A stretch of DNA of 64,000 nucleotides from contig OZ024742.1 in assembly GCA_964016885.1 (NCBI GenBank), forward strand, positions 31,868,001 to 31,932,000, given 5' to 3'. The notes under the pieces are model-generated. The model saw only the letters and a program-made list of their open reading frames with translations. It did no database searches and was not told the origin of the DNA. This DNA is from Eledone cirrhosa (lineage: Eukaryota). Positions 20,225-31,100 of this stretch are shown one piece after another. A program made the position numbers and the translations under genes. Position 1 is the first letter of the stretch. Each line of letters starts with the position of its first letter.

Positions 20225-22803
20225 GTAGACTAGTCAAGCAACAGTTAACGGGAGCCATCATCAACAATAGATGGTGGTACTCTCTCAAGAAAGCAATTAG
20301 AATAGAATAGAATCGATAGGGTATAGCCTTAGAGAAAAACAAAATAGAAAGAGAACTAGCAGCCAAGGTAGAGGAGGCACTTAGAAGTGGCAACACGGCT
20401 AAAGTGTTAGTGTCGAGAACGGCACTGGACCAGTTCTTCGATGCAAAACACGAAGGCTGCGTGGTCAGAAGCAAAACACGTGCTCTAGGAAATGAAGGAG
20501 CGAAAGCTGTCAGCGGAGGCAAAAAGTAGCAACAAGTCCACGATTCGGTCTTTGAAAGACCAAAACGGACGCGTGCTACTTGACCCCAAGCAAATGTGCG
20601 CGACTGTTTGAGCAGAACGACGGTGAGCCAAACGGGGCAATGGACTTTAGTTCATACCTCGATGGCCTGCCGCGTCTCTCGAACATGGACGCCGAGTTCT
20701 GCGAAAGGCCGATCACGGACACTGTGATACGGGACGCTCTGAGCCGCTGCGGGAAACGCAAGTCACCTGGTCTAGATGGTCTACCCTATGAGTTTTACAT
20801 AGGCATGCCGGACTTGTTCTCTGGCGTCCTCGAAGCCATCTACTGCAATTGGCAGCAGAACGGGAGAATCCCAGTTCTGCAAGCAAGGGCGTCGTAACGC
20901 TGATCAGGAAAGACGAGAACAAGGGGGACGAAATTAACAACTTCAGGCCCATAACTCTGCTCAACACAGAGTTAAAGATTTTGGCCAAGGTGCTAGCGAC
21001 GAGGTTGGCGCTTGTCGTCGAGAACCTGGTAAGGAAAGCGCAAACGTGTGCAATCCCGACCAGGTCCATACACGACAACCTCCACCTCATGTGATACATC
21101 ATAGAGAGGGTGGGTAGTAAACCCAGCTTTGGTGAGACTCTGATGATCAATTTGGATCAGTCTAAGGCATTCGATAGAGTCGACCATCGATACTTGGAAG
21201 CGGTTCTCAAGGCGGCCAGTTTCGGTCCCGTTTTCAGAGGCTGGATCGAAGCGATGCACACCAGCATCTGCTCGAAGGTCAAGGTGAACGGCTACCTATC
21301 GGAGCTGTTCGCAATCACGCGTTCCATTCGACAGGAGTTCCCTCTCTCCTCCATTCTGTATGTATTGACTCTAGAGCCACTACTGCGGAAATTGGAGCTA
21401 TTGCAGGGCATCCCTCTGGAACCGGGACTGCGCAAAGCGGCGTCGGCTTATGCCGACGACGTGACAGATATGGTGTCAAGCACCTCGGAAATCGGGGTGA
21501 TTGGCAACTTACTCAAAGAATACGAAACACTGACGGGAGCAAAACTAAACCCGGACAAGTCTGTCGGTTTGCAACTCGGTACGTGGAGAGGCAAACAGAT
21601 GATGTCTGACAGCGTCGTTGGACGCTGGACGGACGAACCGGTGAAATTGCTCGGGGTCTGGTTCGGTCCAGACCTCTAGGTGGAGAAAAACTGGAACGAG
21701 GTCACGGCCAAGGTGTTTGCACTCACCCAGAAGTGGGCAGAGTGCAAACTGTCCTTGAAAGGTGAAGCGGAGGTGACGAATACTTTCATAGCGTCCATCA
21801 TCTACTACCGCTTGACTGTCGTGCCTAGTCCCCGTGAACACCTCGCCAAGATGGAACGCATGCTCTTCCAGTTTCTGTGGAAGAAGCAGGCTCCGCTGGT
21901 GAGGAGAACCGTCTGCTGTCAGCACCCTTCCAACGGAGGGCTGGGAATGCCGTGGCTGATGATGTGCAAACATGCGCTGAGGCTGCGGCATCTCCAGGTA
22001 TTTCTCACCGACCCCCAACCGGTGTGGGCACCATTTGTGAGACAGGCTTTCCCGCAGCTCGTCTCACTGACGGAGCTGCAGTTCTGGGTCAAGAAAAGAC
22101 CAAAAACGATGGGCACCTGGCACATTGAATGCGCCCAGGCGCTCATAGTCCTCTGGCAAGCGGGCGCAGCAATCAGTGGAGACTCCACTTCAACATTCTA
22201 TAGAGGGAGTGTACGTTACAAGGGCAACGACGTGCTTGGAGAGACTCTGGGCGCCGAAGATGATGAGCTCACCAGTCTGTTTGGTAGGACTTTCCGCCCG
22301 GGACCTATGGACAACTTCCAGAGGTCCTTGGCCTGGCAGTGCTACCGAGGAGCTCTACCGGTTCGTGACAAGATCTACAGGCACGGACGTCCCGGCAGGG
22401 ATCCTTCCAAGAGGACGTGTCCAAGATGCGTGCAGGACGGTTTCAATTGTACACTGCCCGGGCGTAACCAACCTGTGGAACTATGCAGAACAACTGCTGT
22501 CGCGTATGGGACAAATCTAGTTGGCTGCCGAGTCCATAGTAAGGATCAAACCGCCAGCCTCTTTCAATAACGAAAGAGAGGCGGTTTTCCTCTGTACAGT
22601 GGCTATGGTGGACGAGATTGAGAGGACTGAGGACAGATGCCTTTCTCTCCGGACAACAATTGATTCCCTTCTTTAAGTATCACTTTAGAAGGAGAATCAG
22701 AGTGGAGAGAGAGTCATTGCTCCCCAGTAAATTTACTGAAAGTTGGGTGAATGAAGCGAAAATGGCCCGAGTGATTGGGCCTTCTCTGTTTATAAGCCTG
22801 TAG
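20225..22803 (+). pseudogene. LINE ORF2 reverse transcriptase, disrupted, endonuclease region absent
   Basis: RT motifs in several frames, with in-frame stops at 21092 and 21677. Confidence 0.9.
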
Positions 22804-23110
22804 GTTAAAGAAGAGAGCAAACGGAAGAAAGGAGCACTTGCATAAACAGGCTCCTGAAGTTGAGGGTTGTTCTATCGACGGGGTATTAAACAACCCATTT
22901 GTGATGCTTCCCCCTATTGGGGATTTCGATTGTTGTAATTGTTTGTTTTATATTTTTTACACGACTGTATGTAAAATCCCCGGCATGTCTTTGTATTGTC
23001 CCCTTTTCTTGTGCACCCTTGTAGCAAATAAAGAAATATATCTATCTATCTCTCCTCTCTCTCTTTAACTTACTACAGTTTATTTAATCTCTCTCCTCTC
23101 TCTCTTTCAG

Positions 23111-23178
23111 TGTGTCAAATATGATGTTAAAGAGAAACTCATCCGATATTTCATTCATTACAATGGATGGAATAAGAA
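23111..23178 (+). CDS. MORF4L1: MRG15/MORF4L1-like exon 3
   Basis: TTTCAG/GTGAGT boundaries. Reads CVKYDVKEKLIRYFIHYNGWNK. Confidence 0.95.
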
Positions 23179-23295
23179 GTGAGTTCTTTCTTTCTCTCCC
23201 TCTTTTCTTTCATCTCTTTCTTTTTTTTTCCTTCCCTTTCTTTCTTTCTTTCTTTCTTTTTCTTTCATTTTTTTCTTTCTTTTCCTTTCTTCTAG

Positions 23296-23382
23296 TTGGG
23301 ATGAATGGGTCCCAGAGTGTCGAGTCCTGAAGTTTAATGATGCTGGTTTACAGAAGCAGAGAGAACTGCAAAAAGCACATGC
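23296..23382 (+). CDS. MORF4L1: MRG15/MORF4L1-like exon 4
   Basis: TAG/GTGAGT boundaries. Reads WDEWVPECRVLKFNDAGLQKQRELQKAH. Confidence 0.95.
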
Positions 23383-23524
23383 GTGAGTCTTATTTTATTT
23401 TAACATTGTTAGTTCTTTAGAAATATATATCATCATCATAATCATCATTTTACATTCATCTTTCATGTTGGCATGGGTTGGATAGGTTGTGACTGTCTGT
23501 GACTAACAGCTGGGAGAGATATAA

Positions 23525-23700
23525 TGTTGTGGGTTCGATTCCTGGACTTCATTCCACATTGCTCCAAAAAATGAGTACAAGCAATAACTGGGGGTTTAAC
23601 CCTGTGATGGACTGGTGTCCTGTCCAGGCAGGAGTCTTGTACTCTCAGTTGCTTAATGCTATGGAAACTGGGATAAGCACCAGTCTAATAAACCTCTAGA
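23525..23700 (+). mobile_element. SINE copy related to 6085-6300
   Basis: GGGTTCGATTCC B box and AACCCTGTGATGGACTGG...GGAAACTGGGATAAGC. Confidence 0.7.
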
Positions 23701-24807
23701 CATGAGACAGACTTATATATCATCATCATCATCATCATTGTTTTGACATCTGCTAGCAAGGGTTGGGATGTGTCATTACAGACCAAGTCAGTACTGAAGC
23801 GGAACTACTGGTTTCCCAGGCAGCCCAGAGACTTGTGCACTTATGTATAGTCTCATGTTCCATTGAGTGCTCAGGAGAGGTTGTTATGCCTTTGACACAA
23901 CTGAGGGTTTGTCCAACCCTTGCTAGCAGGAAAAGTGGACGTTAAAATGATGATGATTTTTAATGGTATCTTCAAAATTTTTCAAGCATTTGACGACTAG
24001 GTCACAAATTTGATTGCTTTTACAATCTGAGTAAATGGTCAAAATTGGGCCTTGAAACCTTAGGTAGCACTTTTGTTCTGTGTATGAACAAAATAAATTA
24101 TATATATATATATATGAAAAAATTTAGGATCCTGATGGCTGAGCTCCGGCTGTTTCAACAGCTAGATCCGAACTAAAGCGCCGGTATTTGAGCGGCAGGA
24201 ATCTAGTTGATCTCCTCAGCGGGTATAGTCCATATATGGGCAGACAATGTATGCAAAAAAAATTAATCTATAAAGTTCTCTTGTTTTTTTTCCAGGAGTG
24301 GTCAGTGATCGGGTTAGGGTTTTTTACATTTGTTCAGACATACTTTTTCATAAAGATAGCTGTTTTAGTCCTGCTTTATCCTGATAAATGTCTTAAATTA
24401 TCTAGTTTTATTACACTCATGGTGGCAAGACATAGCCGAAAAGGGCCTAGACAGAATGAAATCTACGAGAAAGTGGATGACTAGACCTATCAACCTGAAG
24501 ATGTTAAGTTTGCTAGTAGAGCACACACGCATTTAAGAGAGAATTCTACCTTATCAAACATTTCTAATCTGTAAAAATGACATTGTACTTAGCTACATGA
24601 GGTTCAAAAAGAAGAAAAAACGAGGAGTCCTGAATTTTGTCATATTACCCACTCTACTACTCCAAATATCAAGTACTCTGGTGAGTAATGGTCTAACTGG
24701 TTTTTACCACCTCCAATCTAATGTATATATATATAATTATATATAATATGTGTGTGCTTGTATCATCACTGTTTTACATCTGCTTTTCGACCGTGTTCCA
24801 TTTGCAG

Positions 24808-24893
24808 GGGTTCTCGTAAAACTAAAGCTGTCAAGAAAGTAGAGAAGGACAAATCCACACTGCCAGCAGAGAAGTCATCAAAGCCAAAAGCAA
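24808..24893 (+). CDS. MORF4L1: MRG15/MORF4L1-like exon 5 (Lys-rich linker); remainder of the gene lies beyond the window
   Basis: TTTGCAG acceptor and GTAGGT donor, phase-2 compatible with exon 4. Reads GSRKTKAVKKVEKDKSTLPAEKSSKPKA. Confidence 0.75.
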
Positions 24894-24964
24894 GTAGGTT
24901 ACATAATGTTGTTGTAGTTGTTGTCATAGTTGTAGTTGGTTTGGTGGTGCAGTATGGATCTGTG

Positions 24965-25070
24965 CTGTTGCAGTGTAGGACAGGCTGTGTGGTGGAGTGG
25001 TGTAGGACAGGATGAGTGGTGTGGAACAGGCTGTGTGGTGGATGGTGTGGGACAGGCTATGTGGTGGTGT
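24965..25070 (+). repeat. Degenerate ~25-bp GT-rich tandem repeat
   Basis: Repeated GGACAGGCTGTGTGGTGG-like units. Confidence 0.7.
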
Positions 25071-25138
25071 ATTTATCAAAGCATGTTGTGTTGAGGTACA
25101 GTGTTACAATTTCCACTGTGACGTTATCCTAGATTCAT

Positions 25139-28100
25139 TTCACGGTTACTTAACTGTTCCAACCTAATGTCTGTGGTCTGTGGACTGTAGTCTCTGGTAA
25201 CTCAATGTCTTCACTGTTACTTAACTGTTCCAACCTAATGTCTGTGGTCTGTGGACTGTAGTCTCTGGTAACTCAATGTCTTCACTGTTACTTAACTGTT
25301 CCAACCTAATATCTGTGGTCTGTGGACTGTAGTCTCTGGTAACTCAATGTCTTCACTGTTACTTAACTGTTCCAACCTAATATCTGTGGTCTGTGGACTG
25401 TAGTCTCTGGTAACTCAATGTCTTCACTGTTACTTAACTGTTCCAACCTAATGTCTGTGGTATGTGGACTGTAGTCTCTGGTAACTCAATGTCTTCACTG
25501 TTACTTAACTGTTCCAACCTAATATCTGTGGTATGTGGACTGTAGTCTCTGGTAACTCAATGTCTTCACTGTTACTTAACTGTTCCAACCTAATATCTGT
25601 GGTATGTGGACTGTAGTCTCTGGTAACTCAATGTCTTCACTGTTACTTAACTGTTCCAACCTAATATCTGTGGTATGTGGACTGTGGTCTCTGGTAACTC
25701 AATGTCTTCACTATTACTTAACTGTTCCAACCTAATATCTGTGGTATGTGGACTGTGGTCTCTGGTAACTCAATGTCTTCACTGTTACTTAACTGTTCCA
25801 ACCTAATGTGTGTGGTCTGTGGACTGTGGTCTCTGGTAACTCAATGTCTTCACTGTTACTTAACTGTTCCAACCTAATGTCTGTGGTCTGTGGACTGTAG
25901 TCTCTGGTAAATCAATGTCTTCACTGTTACTTAACTGTTCCAACCTAATGTGTGTGGTCTGTGGACTGTGGTCTCTGGTAACTCAATGTCTTCACTGTTA
26001 CTTAACTGTTCCAACCTAATGTGTGTGGTCTGTGGACTGTGGTCTCTGGTAACTCAATGTCTTCACTGTTACTTAACTGTTCCAACCTAATATCTGTGGT
26101 ATGTGGACTGTGGTCTCTGGTAACTCAATGTCTTCACTGTTACTTAACTGTTCCAACCTAATATCTGTGGTATGTGGACTGTAGTCTCTGGTAACTCAAT
26201 GTCTTCACTGTTACTTAACTGTTCCAACCTAATGTCTGTGGTCTGTGGACTGTAGTCTCTGGTAACTCAATGTCTTCACTGTTACTTAACTGTTCCAACC
26301 TAATATCTGTGGTCTGTGGACTGTAGTCTCTGGTAACTCAATGTCTTCACTATTACTTAACTGTTCCAACCTAATATCTGTGGTCTGTGGACTGTAGTCT
26401 CTGGTAACTCAATGTCTTCACTGTTACTTAACTGTTCCAACCTAATATCTGTGGTCTGTGGACTGTAGTCTCTGGTAACTCAATGTCTTCACTATTACTT
26501 AACTGTTCCAACCTAATATCTGTGGTCTGTGGACTGTAGTCTCTGGTAACTCAATGTCTTCACTGTTACTTAACTGTTCCAACCTAATATCTGTGGTATG
26601 TGGACTGTAGTCTCTGGTAACTCAATGTCTTCACTGTTACTTAACTGTTCCAACCTAATGTCTGTGGTCTGTGGACTGTAGTCTCTGGTAACTCAATGTC
26701 TTCACTGTTACTTAACTGTTCCAACCTAATATCTGTGGTCTGTGGACTGTAGTCTCTGGTAACTCAATGTCTTCACTATTACTTAACTGTTCCAACCTAA
26801 TATCTGTGGTCTGTGGACTGTAGTCTCTGGTAACTCAATGTCTTCACTGTTACTTAACTGTTCCAACCTAATATCTGTGGTCTGTGGACTGTAGTCTCTG
26901 GTAACTCAATGTCTTCACTATTACTTAACTGTTCCAACCTAATATCTGTGGTCTGTGGACTGTAGTCTCTGGTAACTCAATGTCTTCACTGTTACTTAAC
27001 TGTTCCAACCTAATATCTGTGGTCTGTGGACTGTAGTCTCTGGTAACTCAATGTCTTCACTATTACTTAACTGTTCCAACCTAATATCTGTGGTCTGTGG
27101 ACTGTAGTCTCTGGTAACTCAATGTCTTCACTGTTACTTAACTGTTCCAACCTAATATCTGTGGTATGTGGACTGTAGTCTCTGGTAACTCAATGTCTTC
27201 ACTGTTACTTAACTGTTCCAACCTAATATCTGTGGTATGTGGACTGTAGTCTCTGGTAACTCAATGTCTTCACTGTTACTTAACTGTTCCAACCTAATAT
27301 CTGTGGTCTGTGGACTGTAGTCTCTGGTAACTCAATGTCTTCACTGTTACTTAACTGTTCCAACCTAATGTCTGTGGTCTGTGGACTGTAGTCTCTGGTA
27401 ACTCAATGTCTTCACTGTTACTTAACTGTTCCAACCTAATATCTGTGGTCTGTGGACTGTAGTCTCTGGTAACTCAATGTCTTCACTGTTACTTAACTGT
27501 TCCAACCTAATGTCTGTGGTCTGTGGACTGTAGTCTCTGGTAACTCAATGTCTTCACTGTTACTTAACTGTTCCAACCTAATATCTGTGGTCTGTGGACT
27601 GTAGTCTCTGGTAACTCAATGTCTTCACTGTTACTTAACTGTTCCTACCTAATATCTGTGGTATGTGGACTGTGGTCTCTGGTAACTCAATGTCTTCACT
27701 GTTACTTAACTGTTCCAACCTAATATCTGTGGTATGTGGACTGTAGTCTTTGGTAACTCAATGTCTTCACTGTTACTTAACTGTTCCAACCTAATATCTG
27801 TGGTCTGTGGACTGTAGTCTTTGGTAACTCAATGTCTTCACTGTTACTTAACTGTTCCAACCTAATATCTGTGGTCTGTGGACTGTAGTCTTTGGTAACT
27901 CAATGTCTTCACTGTTACTTAACTGTTCCTACCTAATATCTGTGGTATGTGGACTGTGGTCTCTGGTAACTCAATGTCTTCACTGTTACTTAACTGTTCC
28001 AACCTAATATCTGTGGTCTGTGGACTGTAGTCTCTGGTAACTCAATGTCTTCACTGTTACTTAACTGTTCCTACCTAATATCTGTGGTATGTGGACTGTG

Positions 28101-31100
28101 GTCTCTGGTAACTCAATGTCTTCACTGTTACTTAACTGTTCCAACCTAATAGCTGTGGTATGTGGACTGTAGTCTTTGGTAACTCAATGTCTTCACTGTT
28201 ACTTAACTGTTCCAACCTAATATCTGTGGTCTGTGGACTGTAGTCTTTGGTAACTCAATGTCTTCACTGTTACTTAACTGTTCCAACCTAATATCTGTGG
28301 TCTGTGGACTGTAGTCTTTGGTAACTCAATGTCTTCACTGTTACTTAACTGTTCCTACCTAATATCTGTGGTATGTGGACTGTGGTCTCTGGTAACTCAA
28401 TGTCTTCACTGTTACTTAACTGTTCCAACCTAATATCTGTGGTCTGTGGACTGTAGTCTCTGGTAACTCAATGTCTTCACTGTTACTTAACTGTTCCAAC
28501 CTAATGTCTGTGGTCTGTGGACTGTAGTCTCTGGTAACTCAATGTCTTCACTGTTACTTAACTGTTCCAACCTAATATCTGTGGTCTGTGGACTGTAGTC
28601 TCTGGTAACTCAATGTCTTCACTGTTACTTAACTGTTCCTACCTAATATCTGTAATCTGTGGACTGTAGTCTCTGGTAACTCAATGTCTTCACTGTTACT
28701 TAACTGTTCCAACCTAATGTCTGTGGTATGTGGACTGTAGTCTTTGGTAACTCAATGTCTTCACTGTTCCAACCTAATATCTGTGGTCTGTGGACTGTAG
28801 TCTCTGGTAACTCAATGTCTTCACTGTTACTTAACTGTTCCAACCTAATATCTGTGGTCTGTGGACTGTAGTCTCTGGTAACTCAATGTCTTCACTGTTA
28901 CTTAACTGTTCCAACCTAATATCTGTGGTATGTGGACTGTGGTCTCTGGTAACTCAATGTCTTCACTGTTACTTAACTATTCCAACCTAATATCTGTTGT
29001 CTGTGGACTGTAGTCTCTGGTAACTCAATGTCTTCACTGTTACTTAACTGTTCCTACCTAATATCTGTAATCTGTGGACTGTAGTCTCTGGTAACTCAAT
29101 GTCTTCACTGTTACTTAACTGTTCCAACCTAATGTCTGTGGTATGTGGACTGTAGTCTCTGGTAACTCAATGTCTTCACTGTTCCAACCTAATATCTGTG
29201 GTCTGTGGACTGTAGTCTCTGGTAACTCAATGTCTTCACTGTTACTTAACTGTTCCAACCTAATATCTGTGGTCTGTGGACTGTAGTCTCTGGTAACTCA
29301 ATGTCTTCACTGTTACTTAACTGTTCCAACCTAATGTCTGTGGTCTGTGGACTGTAGTCTCTGGTTACTCAATGTCTTCACTGTTACTTAACTGTTCCAA
29401 CCTAATATCTGTGGTATGTAGACTGTGGTCTCTGGTAACTCAATGTCTTCACTGTTACTTAACTGTTCCAACCTAATATCTGTGGTCTGTGGACTGTAGT
29501 CTTTGGTAACACAATGTCTTCACTGTTACTTAACTGTTCCTACCTAATATCTGTAATCTGTGGACTGTAGTCTCTGGTAACTCAATGTCTTCACTGTTAC
29601 TTAACTGTTCCAACCTAATGTCTGTGGTATGTGGACTGTAGTCTCTGGTAACTCAATGTCTTCACTGTTCCAACCTAATATCTGTGGTCTGTGGACTGTA
29701 GTCTCTGGTAACTCAATGTCTTCACTGTTACTTAACTGTTCCAACCTAATATCTGTGGTATGTGGACTGTGGTCTCTGGTAACTCAATGTCTTCACTGTT
29801 ACTTAACTGTTCCAACCTAATGTGTGTGGTCTGTGGACTGTGGTCTCTGGTAACTCAATGTCTTCACTGTTACTTAACTGTTCCAACCTAATGTGTGTGG
29901 TCTGTGGACTGTGGTCTCTGGTAACTCAATGTCTTCACTGTTACTTAACTGTTCCAACCTAATATCTGTGGTATGTGGACTGTAGTCTCTGGTAACTCAA
30001 TGTCTTCACTGTTACTTAACTGTTCCAACCTAATGTCTGTGGTCTGTGGACTGTAGTCTCTGGTAACTCAATGTCTTCACTGTTACTTAACTGTTCCAAC
30101 CTAATGTCTGTGGTCTGTGGACTGTAGTCTCTGGTAACTCAATGTCTTCACTGTTACTTAACTGTTCCAACCTAATGTCTGTGGTCTGTGGACTGTAGTC
30201 TCTGGTAACTCAATGTCTTCACTGTTACTTAACTGTTCCTACCTAATATCTGTGGTATGTGGACTGTAGTCTCTGGTAACTCAATGTCTTCACTGTTACT
30301 TAACTGTTCCAACCTAATGTCTGTGGTCTGTGGACTGTAGTCTCTGGTAACTCAATGTCTTCACTGTTACTTAACTGTTCCAACCTAATGTCTGTGGTCT
30401 GTGGACTGTAGTCTCTGGTAACTCAATGTCTTCACTGTTACTTAACTGTTCCAACCTAATGTCTGTGGTCTGTGGACTGTAGTCTCTGGTAACTCAATGT
30501 CTTCACTGTTACTTAACTGTTCCAACCTAATATCTGTGGTATGTGGACTGTGGTCTCTGGTAACTCAATGTCTTCACTGTTACTTAACTGTTCCAACCTA
30601 ATATCTGTGGTCTGTGGACTGTAGTCTCTGGTAACTCAATGTCTTCACTGTTACTTAACTGTTCCAACCTAATGTCTGTGGTCTGTGGACTGTAGTCTCT
30701 GGTAACTCAATGTCTTCACTGTTACTTAACTGTTCCAACCTAATGTCTGTGGTCTGTGGACTGTAGTCTCTGGTAACTCAATGTCTTCACTGTTACTTAA
30801 CTGTTCCAACCTAATATCTGTGGTATGTGGACTGTGGTCTCTGGTAACTCAATGTCTTCACTGTTACTTAACTGTTCCAACCTAATATCTGTGGTCTGTG
30901 GACTGTAGTCTCTGGTAACTCAATGTCTTCACTGTTACTTAACTGTTCCAACCTAATGTCTGTGGTCTGTGGACTGTAGTCTCTGGTAACTCAATGTCTT
31001 CACTGTTACTTAACTGTTCCAACCTAATGTCTGTGGTCTATGGACTGTAGTCTCTGGTAACTCAATGTCTTCACTGTTACTTAACTGTTCCAACCTAATA

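Larger units (their letters stand above)
18201..23042 (+). mobile_element. Decayed Tx1/L1-clade LINE in MRG15 intron 2
   Basis: ORF1 remnants with a CCHC knuckle (19315-19356, internal TGA). ORF2 remnants read KSPGLDGLPYEFY, NFRPITLLNTELKILAK, LDQSKAFDRVDH, YADD (21449-21460) and GGLG. AATAAA at 23027 and a 12-bp direct repeat TATCTATCTCTC on both flanks. Confidence 0.9.

Noticed and set aside
18201-23042. Active or domesticated reverse transcriptase gene
   Set aside because: Multiple stops and frameshifts, a mutated QG motif (RQEFPLS) and no endonuclease.
23525-23550. tRNA gene
   Set aside because: Only a B-box-like motif within a SINE head, with no cloverleaf.
24419-24700. Possible transposase N-terminus or extra MRG15 exon (MVARHSRKGPRQNEIYEKVDD)
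   Set aside because: Short and stop-interrupted with no recognisable motif; exons 4 and 5 join in frame without it.
25139-25210. Hammerhead ribozyme in the satellite monomer (as in newt/schistosome satellites)
   Set aside because: There is no CUGANGA plus GAAA pair with compatible stems on either strand.
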